From an uncultured Gammaproteobacteria bacterium (GTDB lineage: Bacteria > Patescibacteriota > Microgenomatia > Levybacterales > GWA1-39-11): a DNA stretch of 64,000 nucleotides. Shown piece by piece: positions 1 through 9,908 of the stretch. The translations under genes and the position numbers were made by a program. Below the pieces are notes generated by a model. That model made no database searches and was not told the DNA's origin. It saw only the letters and a list, made by a program, of their open reading frames with translations. Each line of letters begins with the position of its first letter. Position 1 is the stretch's first letter. Location: assembly GCA_964641355.1 (NCBI GenBank), contig CAZXND010000001.1, positions 151,858-215,857 on the forward strand, read 5' to 3'.

Positions 1-490
1 CGTAAAACCTCAAGTCCTGCGATTTCCCCAGCTTGCTTAGTTGCTTGCCTTTGCGCATCATCAAAATAAGCAGGTACAGTAATTACTGCTTGAGTTACTT
101 TGTCACCCAAATAACTCTCTGCGTCTTTTTTGAGTTTTTGAAGAATCATTCCAGAAACTTCTTGGGGAGTAAAGGTTTTTCCTTCTATTTCAACAACTGC
201 CATCCCTTCTCTTCCTTCTTTAACTGTATAAGGAAGCCACTTAAGATCTTCTTGTACAGAAGGGTCTTTAAACCTCCTACCCATAAGTCTCTTTATTGAA
301 AAAATGATTCTTTTTGGTTTAAGAACCATTTGTCGCTTTGCTACATCACCAACAACCCTTTCCACTGGATCCACAACTGATGGAGTAACATTTCTCCCTT
401 CAGAAGAAAATATTACCTTCGGAGACCCAGCCTCCATAACGGCTGTACACGAATTTGTTGTTCCTAAGTCTATTCCAATTATCTTTGGCA
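1..490 (-). CDS. dnaK: Chaperone DnaK (Hsp70), N-terminal part; gene continues beyond window start
   Basis: Reverse-complement translation from the ATG at 490 gives [20 protein letters not shown]..., the canonical Hsp70 N-terminus. It lies downstream of hrcA-grpE in the classic operon order. The plus-strand ORFs 33..299 and 304..504 are antisense artefacts. Confidence 0.85.
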
Positions 491-510
491 TATGTTTATT
501 TTAATAAATT

Positions 511-996
511 TTAATTACTTTTTGAACCATTTCCTACTTTGACATGAGCAGGTCTTAAAAGTTTTTCGAAAAGAATAAATCCAGGCCTAACCTCCTCAAT
601 TACCATACCGTCTTCTCCCTCTACAACATCTACTGCCTCCATATACTCGGGATTAAACTTTTCCCCTTCTGTCTTTATCTTTTCTACTCCTACCTCTGAT
701 AAAACATTTAATAAATTTTTAGCAGTTAACTTTACACCCGAATCTTCTGTAAACTTAGCAGCTAAAAATAGAGTGTCAAACGCAGGGATCATTTTTAAGA
801 AAAGTTCATGATTTGCATATTTTATTGTCTCACGCTTTTCTTCCTGCATCCGCTTTTCAAGATTACGATAATCCGCCACCGCCCTTTTCAATTGATTTTC
901 AAGGTCCGAAATCCTATCTTCAAATTCTACCAAATCTTTTTTGTTTAAGTCTTCTTTAAAATCCTCTTCTTGATTTATATTTTCGTCTTTCTTCAT
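511..996 (-). CDS. grpE: Nucleotide exchange factor GrpE
   Basis: 161 aa with a coiled-coil N-terminus and a GrpE-like C-terminal domain, positioned between hrcA and dnaK. Confidence 0.85.
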   Translation of the reverse strand: MKKDENINQEEDFKEDLNKKDLVEFEDRISDLENQLKRAVADYRNLEKRMQEEKRETIKYANHELFLKMIPAFDTLFLAAKFTEDSGVKLTAKNLLNVLSEVGVEKIKTEGEKFNPEYMEAVDVVEGEDGMVIEEVRPGFILFEKLLRPAHVKVGNGSKSN

Positions 997-1002
997 TTTT
1001 TC

Positions 1003-1725
1003 TTACCATTCGGCAACTTCATCAACTAAATTACCAAAATACTTAACAATAGGTACAATAGCTTCATATTTTAATCTACATGGTCCAATTATACCAACCG
1101 ATCCATTATGATCTCCCTTTGTATGAAACCTAGAAAAAACAAAGCTATAAGGTCTTAAAACCTCATCCTCCAAATCTTCTCCTATAAATACTCCAAAACC
1201 ATTTTCTATTCTATTATTGACTGCTTCAAGATATGTATAGTTATCAAGAATATTAAGGAAGTTCTTTGTTATATCAATATCATAAAACTCTGGCATTTCA
1301 AGAACTCTTGAATAACCGGCATAAAAGATATCTCCATCATCAGTAGTCGTAACAGCTAAGGTTCCTGTTTTGTCAGCAAGTCTTTTTGTTATCTCTCTAA
1401 GAAATCTGTCCTCAGCTTTTCTTAAATCCCAAACTTTTTCTTTAACCTCAACCTCTTCAGCTACAGACAGCTCTTTTTCTTTCATTAATTCGTTAACATA
1501 AAATTTTAAAGCCTTACTTGATGGTACACGTCCAGCTGAGGTATGTTCCTTGCTTAAATAACCAAGCTTTACCATTTCAGCCATCTCATTCCTGATGGTT
1601 GCAGGAGAAACACCCACGTCATATTTTTTTTCTAAAGTCTCAGATCCAACAGGCTCTGCGGTATCAATATATTCTTTGATTATAAGCTTCAAAATTTCTA
1701 TTTGGCGAGGTGTTAAGTCATGCAT
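1003..1725 (-). CDS. hrcA: Heat-inducible transcription repressor HrcA
   Basis: 240 aa with an N-terminal winged helix (MHDLTPRQIEILKLIIKEY...EPVGSETL) and HrcA-family organisation, upstream of grpE-dnaK. Confidence 0.85.
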   Translation of the reverse strand: MHDLTPRQIEILKLIIKEYIDTAEPVGSETLEKKYDVGVSPATIRNEMAEMVKLGYLSKEHTSAGRVPSSKALKFYVNELMKEKELSVAEEVEVKEKVWDLRKAEDRFLREITKRLADKTGTLAVTTTDDGDIFYAGYSRVLEMPEFYDIDITKNFLNILDNYTYLEAVNNRIENGFGVFIGEDLEDEVLRPYSFVFSRFHTKGDHNGSVGIIGPCRLKYEAIVPIVKYFGNLVDEVAEW

Positions 1726-1740
1726 ATGTTTAAATAAGAA

Positions 1741-1767
1741 TTAGCAAAATAATAACATGACTGCTAA
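1741..1767. promoter_or_regulatory. Degenerate CIRCE-like inverted repeat (TTAGCAaaa-N9-gacTGCTAA) upstream of hrcA
   Basis: 27-bp element with the 9-N9-9 geometry of CIRCE (TTAGCACTC-N9-GAGTGCTAA). The left arm matches 6/9 and the right arm 8/9. It sits 16 nt upstream of the hrcA start codon. Confidence 0.45.
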
Positions 1768-1805
1768 ATTTTGTCAAGAGTATTCTTTTTTGTTAATCTT
1801 AATTT

Positions 1806-2156
1806 ATGACTTCAAGAAAAAAGTGGCTTCCTTTTATATATGTAGGAATTCTTGAACTCATTTTGTTAATTTATTTTATATTGTTTTTAGATCCACAGGA
1901 AAACTTTGATATTGGGAATATCTCTTTTTCACCGATTATTGTTTTTTTTGTTCTCATCTTCTTTACTGCATTATCATTTTTTACCTATATTCTTTTAAGC
2001 AAAAGAAGAGGAGTTTTTGCAGGATTTTTTTTTGTTTTGATACTTGGTTTAAGATTTCTAGGGTATAGGGAGTTATTGTACACAATCATACTTTTTTTAA
2101 TTTTTGTATTAATCGACACATTAATTAAGAGAAAAAGTAAGGGAAGTTTTAGATAA
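1806..2156 (+). CDS. Hypothetical small polytopic membrane protein
   Basis: 116-aa ORF with 3-4 hydrophobic helices and no recognisable motif. Confidence 0.3.
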   Translation: MTSRKKWLPFIYVGILELILLIYFILFLDPQENFDIGNISFSPIIVFFVLIFFTALSFFTYILLSKRRGVFAGFFFVLILGLRFLGYRELLYTIILFLIFVLIDTLIKRKSKGSFR

Positions 2157-2196
2157 TTTATTTGTTTTTCTGATCTTTGCCTGGTAAAATTTCTCC

Positions 2197-3678
2197 ATGA
2201 ACAAATTTTATCGAAATAAAAATATTTCTGAAAAACCTTATCAAAAAGAAAAGTTACTCAGGAAGTATTACATCACAAATGCCATACCTTATGTAAATGC
2301 CAAACCTCATATAGGCCACGCTCTTGAGTTCGTACAGTCAGATGTAATTAAAAGATTCCATAAAGAAATTTTAGGGGAAAACGTGCTACTTTTATGTGGG
2401 GGGGACGAAAACGCAATTAAAAATGTTCAGGCGGCAGAAAAGGAAAATACACCAATTCAAGAATTTGTTGACAAAAATACTCAATTGTTTCTTGATTTAT
2501 CAAAAAATTTAAACGTTAATTTCGATGTATTCCAAAAAGGCAGCAACAAAGAACATCACAAGTCTTCACAAAAATTATGGGAACTTTGTGACAAAAACGG
2601 CGACATATATAAAAAAACTTATACAGGATTGTATTGTATTGGTTGTGAATTATTTTACGAAAAAAGCGAATTAAATAAAGAGGGTGAATGTTTCGAACAT
2701 CCAGGGAAACCCCTTGAAGAAGTTTCTGAAGAGAATTATTTTTTTAGACTTTCTAAATATCAAAACCGTCTCAAAAATCTGATAGAAAGTGGTGAAATTG
2801 AAATAATTCCACAAACTAGAAAAAATGAGGTTTTATCTTTTATCAACCAAGGATTAGAAGATATTAGTATATCAAGATCTAATATCCGAGCAAAAAACTG
2901 GGGTGTCCCAGTTCCAGAAGACAATAATCAAAGAATGTATGTTTGGTTTGACGCTCTTAACATTTACCAAAGTGGTGTAGGGTTTGGAAAAGATGAGGTT
3001 AACTACAAAAAGTGGTGGCCAGCTGACGTACATGTAATTGGTAAGGGAATAATTAGATTTCATGCTGTTTACTGGCCTGCCTTCTTAATTTCAGCAGGTT
3101 TAAAACTTCCTAAATCTATCTTTGTTCATGGCTACTTCACCATAGACGGAAAAAAGATGTCAAAATCACTTGGAAACGTGATTGATCCAATCGACATGAT
3201 TAATAAATACGGCGTTGACTCTCTTCGATATTTCCTGCTTAGAGAAATTCCTTCGACCGGTGATGGTGATTTTTCTGAAAAAAGACTACGAGAAGTTTAC
3301 AATTCAGATCTTGCAAATGGACTAGGTAATTTAGTAGCACGAGTTGCAAAACTATGTGAAAAATGTGAATTGAAAAGCAGTCCCGATGAGTACGAAATGG
3401 CTGAATCCTTAAAAAATCTAATCTACAAATACAAATTTAATGAAGCTCTTGAGTTTATTTGGTCTGAGATTTCTAAACTAGATAAAAAAATAAACACAGA
3501 AGAACCGTGGAAATTGGAAGAAGTAAAACTTAAAGAATCTCTTCCTGATTATGTCAATTTGATTCTTCAAATAGCCTCCAATTTAAAGCCATTCTTACCA
3601 GAAACATCCAAAAAAATTCTTTCTCAATTTTCTGGTAATATTAAAAGCACTTCTGCACTCTTTCCTCGATTGAGCTAA
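2197..3678 (+). CDS. metG: Methionyl-tRNA synthetase (class I)
   Basis: HIGH motif (PHIGHAL) and KMSKS motif (GKKMSKSLGNV). The anticodon-binding C-terminus is MetRS-like. There is an unusual N-terminal extension of about 23 aa. Confidence 0.85.
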   Translation: MNKFYRNKNISEKPYQKEKLLRKYYITNAIPYVNAKPHIGHALEFVQSDVIKRFHKEILGENVLLLCGGDENAIKNVQAAEKENTPIQEFVDKNTQLFLDLSKNLNVNFDVFQKGSNKEHHKSSQKLWELCDKNGDIYKKTYTGLYCIGCELFYEKSELNKEGECFEHPGKPLEEVSEENYFFRLSKYQNRLKNLIESGEIEIIPQTRKNEVLSFINQGLEDISISRSNIRAKNWGVPVPEDNNQRMYVWFDALNIYQSGVGFGKDEVNYKKWWPADVHVIGKGIIRFHAVYWPAFLISAGLKLPKSIFVHGYFTIDGKKMSKSLGNVIDPIDMINKYGVDSLRYFLLREIPSTGDGDFSEKRLREVYNSDLANGLGNLVARVAKLCEKCELKSSPDEYEMAESLKNLIYKYKFNEALEFIWSEISKLDKKINTEEPWKLEEVKLKESLPDYVNLILQIASNLKPFLPETSKKILSQFSGNIKSTSALFPRLS

Positions 3679-3709
3679 TTAGATTCATCTGATATTATAT
3701 TATCCTGAA

Positions 3710-4546
3710 ATGAAGAAGTCTTTACTGATAGGGTTTGCCGTAGTTCTTATTCTTTCTGGGTTTTTCATAATTTTAAAAATAACAAATTTTCTTTCACCTG
3801 TTGCAAAAGGGGCACTACAAGTGACATCTAATATCCAAGCAACAGTTTATCTTGATAATAAATCGGTTGGAACAACTCCTGTTTGTCTTTGCAATCAAAA
3901 TCAAACAATAAAAAATGGAGAATACAATCTCAGAATCTCTCCATTTGATAGTTCTCTTACAGATTTTCAAACAAGAATAAAAATCAATCCAAAGGTTCTT
4001 ACCGCAGTCGATAGAACCTTTCTTCCCGGAGCACTCGCAAATTCTTATACTTTAACTCTTGAGAAAATAAATAATCCTAATCCTGAACTCCTTGTTACAT
4101 CTATTCCGGATGGGGCGATTGTATCTATTGATGGAAATCCTTCCAATGTTACACCGCTGTCATTAAAGGATATAGCCGCATCTGAACATGAGTTGGAAAT
4201 TCAAAAAGCCGGATTTAACAAAAAAACTATTAGGATTAGAGTTGTAAAAAACTATAAACTAGTTGTAAACACAATTCTTGGAACTGAAATTAAAGGACTT
4301 GAAGATACTCCGTCCCCTACCCCTCAAGCATCATCCTCCGCTCTTATAAGAGTAAAGAATACAACAACAGGATTCTTAAGAGTTAGAGAAACTCCTTCTA
4401 TAAGTGCTGGAGAGATAACAAGAGTGATGCCAGGAGAAGAGTTTCCATTTATCGATGAGCAAGAAGGTTGGTATAAGATTAAAGTGGCCTCTAACGAAGG
4501 ATGGATTAGTTCCGACTTCTCAGAAAAAATAGAAAATAAAAATTAA
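3710..4546 (+). CDS. Secreted/membrane-anchored protein with PEGA domain and C-terminal bacterial SH3 (SH3b) domain
   Basis: N-terminal TM/signal segment, a PEGA-like segment (LLVTSIPDGAIVSIDGNPSNVTPL...) and a C-terminal SH3b-like segment (GFLRVRETPSISAGEITRVMPGEEFPFIDEQEGWYKIK). Confidence 0.5.
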   Translation: MKKSLLIGFAVVLILSGFFIILKITNFLSPVAKGALQVTSNIQATVYLDNKSVGTTPVCLCNQNQTIKNGEYNLRISPFDSSLTDFQTRIKINPKVLTAVDRTFLPGALANSYTLTLEKINNPNPELLVTSIPDGAIVSIDGNPSNVTPLSLKDIAASEHELEIQKAGFNKKTIRIRVVKNYKLVVNTILGTEIKGLEDTPSPTPQASSSALIRVKNTTTGFLRVRETPSISAGEITRVMPGEEFPFIDEQEGWYKIKVASNEGWISSDFSEKIENKN

Positions 4547-5496
4547 GAAATAAAATAAATGATAATTATTACCAATGCTATCCATGTTGAAACACCAGTC
4601 AAAAGATACTTATCTCCCAAAAGCACTCTTTCTGGGCTTTCTCCTTCACTTTTTTCATAAATATCTTGTAAATATCGCATCAAACCATATATAACAGGAA
4701 GTATTGTGATCATGAGCCATTTTCGTTGAAGATAATAAGGAAGGAAATCCGGTAAAAGAAGTTTATTAGATATTCCAATTGTCGAAGTTCCTTCAAGAAA
4801 TGTAAAAAGAGAATAAAATATAAATGTTGAAGTCGCAAAAATTGTTGCATATACAAGAAGCAAATTTTCTGAATAATGAGAGAGGCTCTTTCTCACTTCA
4901 TCTATTCTTGCCCCAGTGACATTTTTGAGCAATGTCAACTCTGACCTTCTTTTTCCAACCGCTAAGAAAAGAGATAAAGAAATCGTTGTTAATAACAACC
5001 AAACAGAAATATGAAAACCACTCAACACTTCTCCAGAAAAAACTCTAATTATATATCCTGCAGCAAGAATTAAGATATCAAAAATCACTACGCTTTTTAA
5101 ATAAAATGAATAAAGGATTTGCAAAAGCATATAGAAAAGAGCGACTAACAAAAATATTGTTCCCAACTTCAGAGCTATTAAAAGCGCAATGCATAGAAGG
5201 ATAAAGAATAGAACTAATGCCTCTCCTACTCCAACTTTTCCACTAGCAATTGGTCTAAATCTCTTGTATGGGTGTAGCTTATCTTTTCTGAAGTCCAAAA
5301 CATCATTAATGATATAGGTCGAAGATGAAAAAAAACAAAAAGCTATAAAACCCCAGAATACCTTTACAAAAACAGTTGGATCAAAAAGGTGTCCACCAAA
5401 AGTTATTGCGGCAAACAAAGCAAGATTTTTAATCCACTGTCTTGGTCTTAGCAATTTCAAAACGTAATATGTATGTGAGTGGTTCATCATTTTCAT
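4543..5496 (-). CDS. UbiA-family prenyltransferase / decaprenyl-phosphate phosphoribosyltransferase-like membrane protein
   Basis: Polytopic protein with an NDxxDxxxD-type motif (NDVLDFRKDKLHP) after the first TM helices. It overlaps the upstream GT4 gene by 4 nt. Confidence 0.6.
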   Translation of the reverse strand: MKMMNHSHTYYVLKLLRPRQWIKNLALFAAITFGGHLFDPTVFVKVFWGFIAFCFFSSSTYIINDVLDFRKDKLHPYKRFRPIASGKVGVGEALVLFFILLCIALLIALKLGTIFLLVALFYMLLQILYSFYLKSVVIFDILILAAGYIIRVFSGEVLSGFHISVWLLLTTISLSLFLAVGKRRSELTLLKNVTGARIDEVRKSLSHYSENLLLVYATIFATSTFIFYSLFTFLEGTSTIGISNKLLLPDFLPYYLQRKWLMITILPVIYGLMRYLQDIYEKSEGESPERVLLGDKYLLTGVSTWIALVIIIIYFIS

Positions 5497-6554
5497 TCAG
5501 ACATAAATTTCTTTCCGATTATCAATCTCAAAGAAAATATCAAAGCACCAACTAAAACAACAAGAAGAATTATAGCAAATAATTTACCCTTACTTGAGAG
5601 GTTTAGTGCAATAATACCCAAAACCCCTGACATAACCCAATAAAAAAACGCTATACTTCTTTGTCCAAAACCTAAAGACAACAATAAATGGTGTAGATGT
5701 CCCCTATCATGCCAGAATGGGGATTTTTTTGAAAGAGTTCTTCTTATAATTGTTGCTACTGCATCGATTGTAGGCACTCCCATCACCAAAATTGCTGTTG
5801 CAAGCTTAACCCCTGAAAGAATAGAAAGAATAGCTATTGTAAATCCTAAGATTGTAGCGCTATAACCTGGAAATATTTTGGCCGGGTGGTAATTGAAAAA
5901 AAGAAGACCAAGAGCAGCTCCAGCAACAATGAAAGACATTTCGGCCGAATGAACATTTATCTGTTCGAGGTGTTGAAAACGAGTCGATGCTATCCCAATT
6001 ACAATAGCAGATATCACCGCAATCCCAGGCATTTGACCGTCAACTCCCTTACTCCAATTAAGCATATTCATCACCCAAACGATCCAAACGACAGCAAAAA
6101 TTCCGCCCAAAAGGAGGTCAAAGTTAAAAAATCTAAAATAAAAACTGTTAAAGCTCACAATTCCTCCGAATGGATTTGTCACAAAAGGGATATACACCCC
6201 CTGAGCAACTACTAAAATAGCGCATGCAATATTGGCAAAGAATCTTAAATACGGAGACAAGTCATACTTATCATCTAACACACCTATTAATGTAACTATT
6301 GCGCCAGAAAAAAGTATAGAAACAAATATTTTATCCATCGGAATAAAAATTACAGAAGTGAAAAGAACAGCCAAGTAAATTGGCAACCCACCCATTCTTG
6401 GAATAGGTTTTGTATGAATTATTGCAGGGTGTTTATGTTTTTTTGGATCATCTACTAATTTAAATTTATAAGCTATTTTTATAACCAAAGGAAATAAGAT
6501 CATTGAAATCGAAAATGAGACAAGAAATGGAAAAATAAGGTTTGTAAATATCAT
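5493..6554 (-). CDS. Glycosyltransferase family 4 polyprenyl-phosphate sugar-1-phosphate transferase (WecA/MraY-like)
   Basis: Multi-TM protein with the DDxxD-type motif (GVLDDKYDL) and MNxxNxxDGxDG-like motif (MNMLNWSKGVDGQ). Confidence 0.7.
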   Translation of the reverse strand: MIFTNLIFPFLVSFSISMILFPLVIKIAYKFKLVDDPKKHKHPAIIHTKPIPRMGGLPIYLAVLFTSVIFIPMDKIFVSILFSGAIVTLIGVLDDKYDLSPYLRFFANIACAILVVAQGVYIPFVTNPFGGIVSFNSFYFRFFNFDLLLGGIFAVVWIVWVMNMLNWSKGVDGQMPGIAVISAIVIGIASTRFQHLEQINVHSAEMSFIVAGAALGLLFFNYHPAKIFPGYSATILGFTIAILSILSGVKLATAILVMGVPTIDAVATIIRRTLSKKSPFWHDRGHLHHLLLSLGFGQRSIAFFYWVMSGVLGIIALNLSSKGKLFAIILLVVLVGALIFSLRLIIGKKFMSE

Positions 6555-6904
6555 AAAATCGATAAGATTATTTCTATATATGCAACCAGCCCCAATAAGG
6601 TAACAACCAACGCATTAAATGATAATATTCTAGACATTAAGGCATTTCGACTGTAAAAACTTGAGCATATAAGAGTGTTAATAAAAAAAATAAATATCAT
6701 CATAGTTGGTATTAAGAAAACAAATTCAGGCCTTGCGAGCCTTGACTCTCCCCAAGGAAGACTATTAAACAAAGGAATATAAGGTGGTAAGAACGGTTTG
6801 GAAATGACTGTTAAAAGTAAAATAAGCAAATTGATGGAAAAAGAGATTAAAACACAAGTTTTTACTACTTTATCTTTAAATAGAGAAAGTAAATTATTTT
6901 TCAT
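6551..6904 (-). CDS. Hypothetical small membrane protein
   Basis: 117 aa with 3 predicted TM helices, located inside the glycosylation operon. Confidence 0.3.
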   Translation of the reverse strand: MKNNLLSLFKDKVVKTCVLISFSINLLILLLTVISKPFLPPYIPLFNSLPWGESRLARPEFVFLIPTMMIFIFFINTLICSSFYSRNALMSRILSFNALVVTLLGLVAYIEIILSIL

Positions 6905-6909
6905 AAGTA

Positions 6910-8412
6910 TTAATAGCTTCTTTCGTAAATATCGGTATCTCCCATTCTGTATTTTAGATTGTATCCCGAAACAAAATTTGCAAGATCAGAATTTTTTTTA
7001 GTAACAATTATGTACTTTGGTTTCTTTATACTTAAAGCTTTCTTTGTTTCATCAATAGCGTTTTTGTAAAAAGTGACGTGATAAGAAACCGCATACCTCC
7101 CAGGAGGAAGCTTGTTGGAAAGAGCATAGATTTGAGCACTATCACTCCAAAGAAAAATTTCATCATTTTTATTTGTATGTGTTTCTATAAATTTAACAAT
7201 GTCGTAATCACGTTTGGTATTCGGGTCAAAAAAATCAAGGTAACTATCAACAGATTTACTCTTAAAAACAAAGTCTAAATAGTTTCCGTAGTAACTGAAG
7301 GTTTTTGAGTAGTAGTGAAAATTTCTAAATATTATTAGGGTAGAAATTAATAAAATAACCATGTTAATCTTAATAAATTTTTTGTTGTCATATAAAAATC
7401 CGACCAACACAGATAGAGCTGGAATAAAAACAAGTACATAATGAGTGTAAGGACGCGCAGAAAAAAGAGTACTATACAATGAGAAGGTCACCCATAAATA
7501 CACGAATACCGCTGTCGTCCCTATCTTATGACTGTTTCTCAAAACAACAAAAATGATAATTATTAAAATTGCTGTTTTGAGAAATAAGAGTCCCATCGGG
7601 AATAAAAGAAAATTTCCGTAACCAACGTAACCAACATTCTGGGAAAATGCTGCTCTAAAATAGTCATTTATTGCTCCTCTGCCAAGAAAATAAAGAACAG
7701 TAATCATAGGCAAAAAGAACATAGATAAAACAAAATAGATCTCGGGTTTCAAGCTTGAAAGAAAGGCTTTAGGGTATGTTGTAATAAGTTTTAGTCTCCT
7801 TCTTGAGAAATTATTAGCATCTGACGTTGCAAAAAGACATAGCAAAAAAGCAATAAAATCAAATATTGCTACAGCTTTTATTAAAAATGACAATGACAAG
7901 AAAATTCCTGCATAGATTAAATATTTAATTTTTTTTCTGTCATCAATGAATTTAAAAATAAAAAACAGACTTAAAAGAGTTGGTAACACCATGAAGTTTT
8001 CTGAATTAGCAATATTTCCTTCATAAATGGGCGTTGCAAAAAACAGCGTAAAAACAATAGTAGAGATATAACTTGATCGCCTTGTTTTGAAAATTTTCCT
8101 TGATAGTATAAAGAAGATACAAGAAGCTAATATGCCAAAGACAAGAGAAACAAATCTAACGGAAAATTGATCACCATTAAAAATTGCATATATAATATAA
8201 AGAAGTGGAGGCTTATTATCCCAAATACCCTGATAGAGGAGTCTTCCTTGACGAAGTGCAATACCAATAACTTCATATATCCCTTCATCTCCATACCAAT
8301 AAGGCTCTATCAACGAAGGAATTCTTAAAACAAATAAGGACACAATAAAGACAAGAAACCAAGAATCACGATTGCCCTTCTCGTTTTTAAGAAGAGAAAA
8401 CAATTTTCTCAT
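6910..8412 (-). CDS. GT-C fold glycosyltransferase, PMT/ArnT-like (GT39/GT83 family)
   Basis: Polytopic protein with an N-terminal YWYGDEGIYEVIGIAL...WDNKPPLLYII loop typical of PMT_2/ArnT-family enzymes and a C-terminal soluble domain. Confidence 0.6.
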   Translation of the reverse strand: MRKLFSLLKNEKGNRDSWFLVFIVSLFVLRIPSLIEPYWYGDEGIYEVIGIALRQGRLLYQGIWDNKPPLLYIIYAIFNGDQFSVRFVSLVFGILASCIFFILSRKIFKTRRSSYISTIVFTLFFATPIYEGNIANSENFMVLPTLLSLFFIFKFIDDRKKIKYLIYAGIFLSLSFLIKAVAIFDFIAFLLCLFATSDANNFSRRRLKLITTYPKAFLSSLKPEIYFVLSMFFLPMITVLYFLGRGAINDYFRAAFSQNVGYVGYGNFLLFPMGLLFLKTAILIIIIFVVLRNSHKIGTTAVFVYLWVTFSLYSTLFSARPYTHYVLVFIPALSVLVGFLYDNKKFIKINMVILLISTLIIFRNFHYYSKTFSYYGNYLDFVFKSKSVDSYLDFFDPNTKRDYDIVKFIETHTNKNDEIFLWSDSAQIYALSNKLPPGRYAVSYHVTFYKNAIDETKKALSIKKPKYIIVTKKNSDLANFVSGYNLKYRMGDTDIYERSY

Positions 8413-9908
8413 ACTTTTTCGGTCACTTTATACTCCAAACGCTTTCCCAGCAATAACTGAACATGAGAAATTAAAGCAGGCAAAGCAGAAAGGAAAAAGC
8501 CGGAGATTGGCAAAAGAACAAACTCAAGAAGAAAAATAAACTGTCGAATTTTTGACGCATTCTCATATCTCTTTGATCTTAAATTAAAATCGACATATAT
8601 CATTAAGAATAAGGCAAAAAGACAAAGAGTAAGAATAAATCCTGACAAACGAGGAAGATTATACCCTAAACTCGTTCGAGTAAAAACTGGGTTGAGTATT
8701 ACAATAACATTCGCAGCAATAGTAATTAAGAACCAATTTACTGGCCATAAAATATGTTCTGTTAAAACATTCCAAACTAAAAAAGTTTTTCTAAAAAATG
8801 GAACATCTTTTACGGTGAACCACCACTTTAAATAAACTGCATCATCTGATATCCCCCAGGACCAACGTCTCTCTTGATGATATTTACTCATAAGACTTCC
8901 TAAATAAGTTTGTGACTGTGCTGAATCCATAGAAGTTTTCAGAAAAATCGGCTCTACCGTCACTTTACCCTTCGTGGCAAAAAACGCTTTGAAGAAAATT
9001 CTATAATCTTCAGGAATGACGTTAACATCCCAAAATCCTATTTCTTTTAAAAGTTTGAGCGATAAGGTGTAAGTAGAATTTGTAATAAGCCTCATTCTCT
9101 GAAGAAGGAGGGATGCACGCCAAAGACTTGAGAAGAAAGCACCCACTCGAATAAATGCAGGGACACGCCAGAAGTTATTGTAGTGAACATTTGCCGATTG
9201 CCAAAATTTGAGATAAGGCTCCTTAACTGTTAAAAAACTGTAACTAAGATAAGCAAGAAATTGAGGATCAAAAATTGAATCTGCATCAACAGATGATACT
9301 GTAATAAAATTTATATCCAACCTCATCTTTTCAACAAGCATTGCATAAGCTTCCTTTGCCGCAAAGGCCTGATTTGATGATTTTCCCTTAACTTCTCCCG
9401 GAAGATCAGGATGGAAAGTAAATTCCAAAGCACCAAAAACTTTTGAATACTCTGATGATAAAATCTTGGCTTTTTCCTTTGCTTCCTCCTCGCGCTCTTC
9501 CATGGCAATAAAAATCATAATCCGTTTTTGAGGAAAGGTTTGTTCCTTAAAGCTTTCAAGTGCTTGCTTCAATTTTTCAACTTTTTCTTTATAGGTAGGA
9601 ATTACAATTAAATGATTCACTTTTTCAAAATCTTTCTCTTTTTTTGCTTTTTCAAGCCAATTTTCATTTTCCGCTTCTTTTATTTTTCTTGCAGCAATAA
9701 ATGAGCATATTGCAAGATTAATAGATTTATAAAGCCAATAAATATCAAAAAAAATAATAAAGTATGCTAGAGCTACTGGTAGGAAAATCGCACCCCAGAA
9801 AGGGAGTGAGACTAGAAAAAGAGAAATAAGAGGTGGCATAATTTCAAGCAACCTGTGAGATTTCCTCGGATACCGTGTAAAAAAAGTGTCAAAAAATTGA
9901 TTAAACAT
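8409..9908 (-). CDS. Membrane-bound family 2 glycosyltransferase
   Basis: N-terminal TM helices, a GT2-like catalytic core (SVDADSIFDPQFL with a DxD-type motif) and C-terminal TM helices. It overlaps the neighbouring genes by 4 and 8 nt, indicating an operon. Confidence 0.6.
   Translation of the reverse strand: MFNQFFDTFFTRYPRKSHRLLEIMPPLISLFLVSLPFWGAIFLPVALAYFIIFFDIYWLYKSINLAICSFIAARKIKEAENENWLEKAKKEKDFEKVNHLIVIPTYKEKVEKLKQALESFKEQTFPQKRIMIFIAMEEREEEAKEKAKILSSEYSKVFGALEFTFHPDLPGEVKGKSSNQAFAAKEAYAMLVEKMRLDINFITVSSVDADSIFDPQFLAYLSYSFLTVKEPYLKFWQSANVHYNNFWRVPAFIRVGAFFSSLWRASLLLQRMRLITNSTYTLSLKLLKEIGFWDVNVIPEDYRIFFKAFFATKGKVTVEPIFLKTSMDSAQSQTYLGSLMSKYHQERRWSWGISDDAVYLKWWFTVKDVPFFRKTFLVWNVLTEHILWPVNWFLITIAANVIVILNPVFTRTSLGYNLPRLSGFILTLCLFALFLMIYVDFNLRSKRYENASKIRQFIFLLEFVLLPISGFFLSALPALISHVQLLLGKRLEYKVTEKV

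Noticed and set aside
2197-2265. 23-aa N-terminal extension of MetRS as a separate feature (e.g. leader peptide)
   Set aside because: It is in frame with no internal alternative ATG before the HIGH motif. It is most simply a lineage-specific extension or an upstream non-ATG start, and it was not reported separately.
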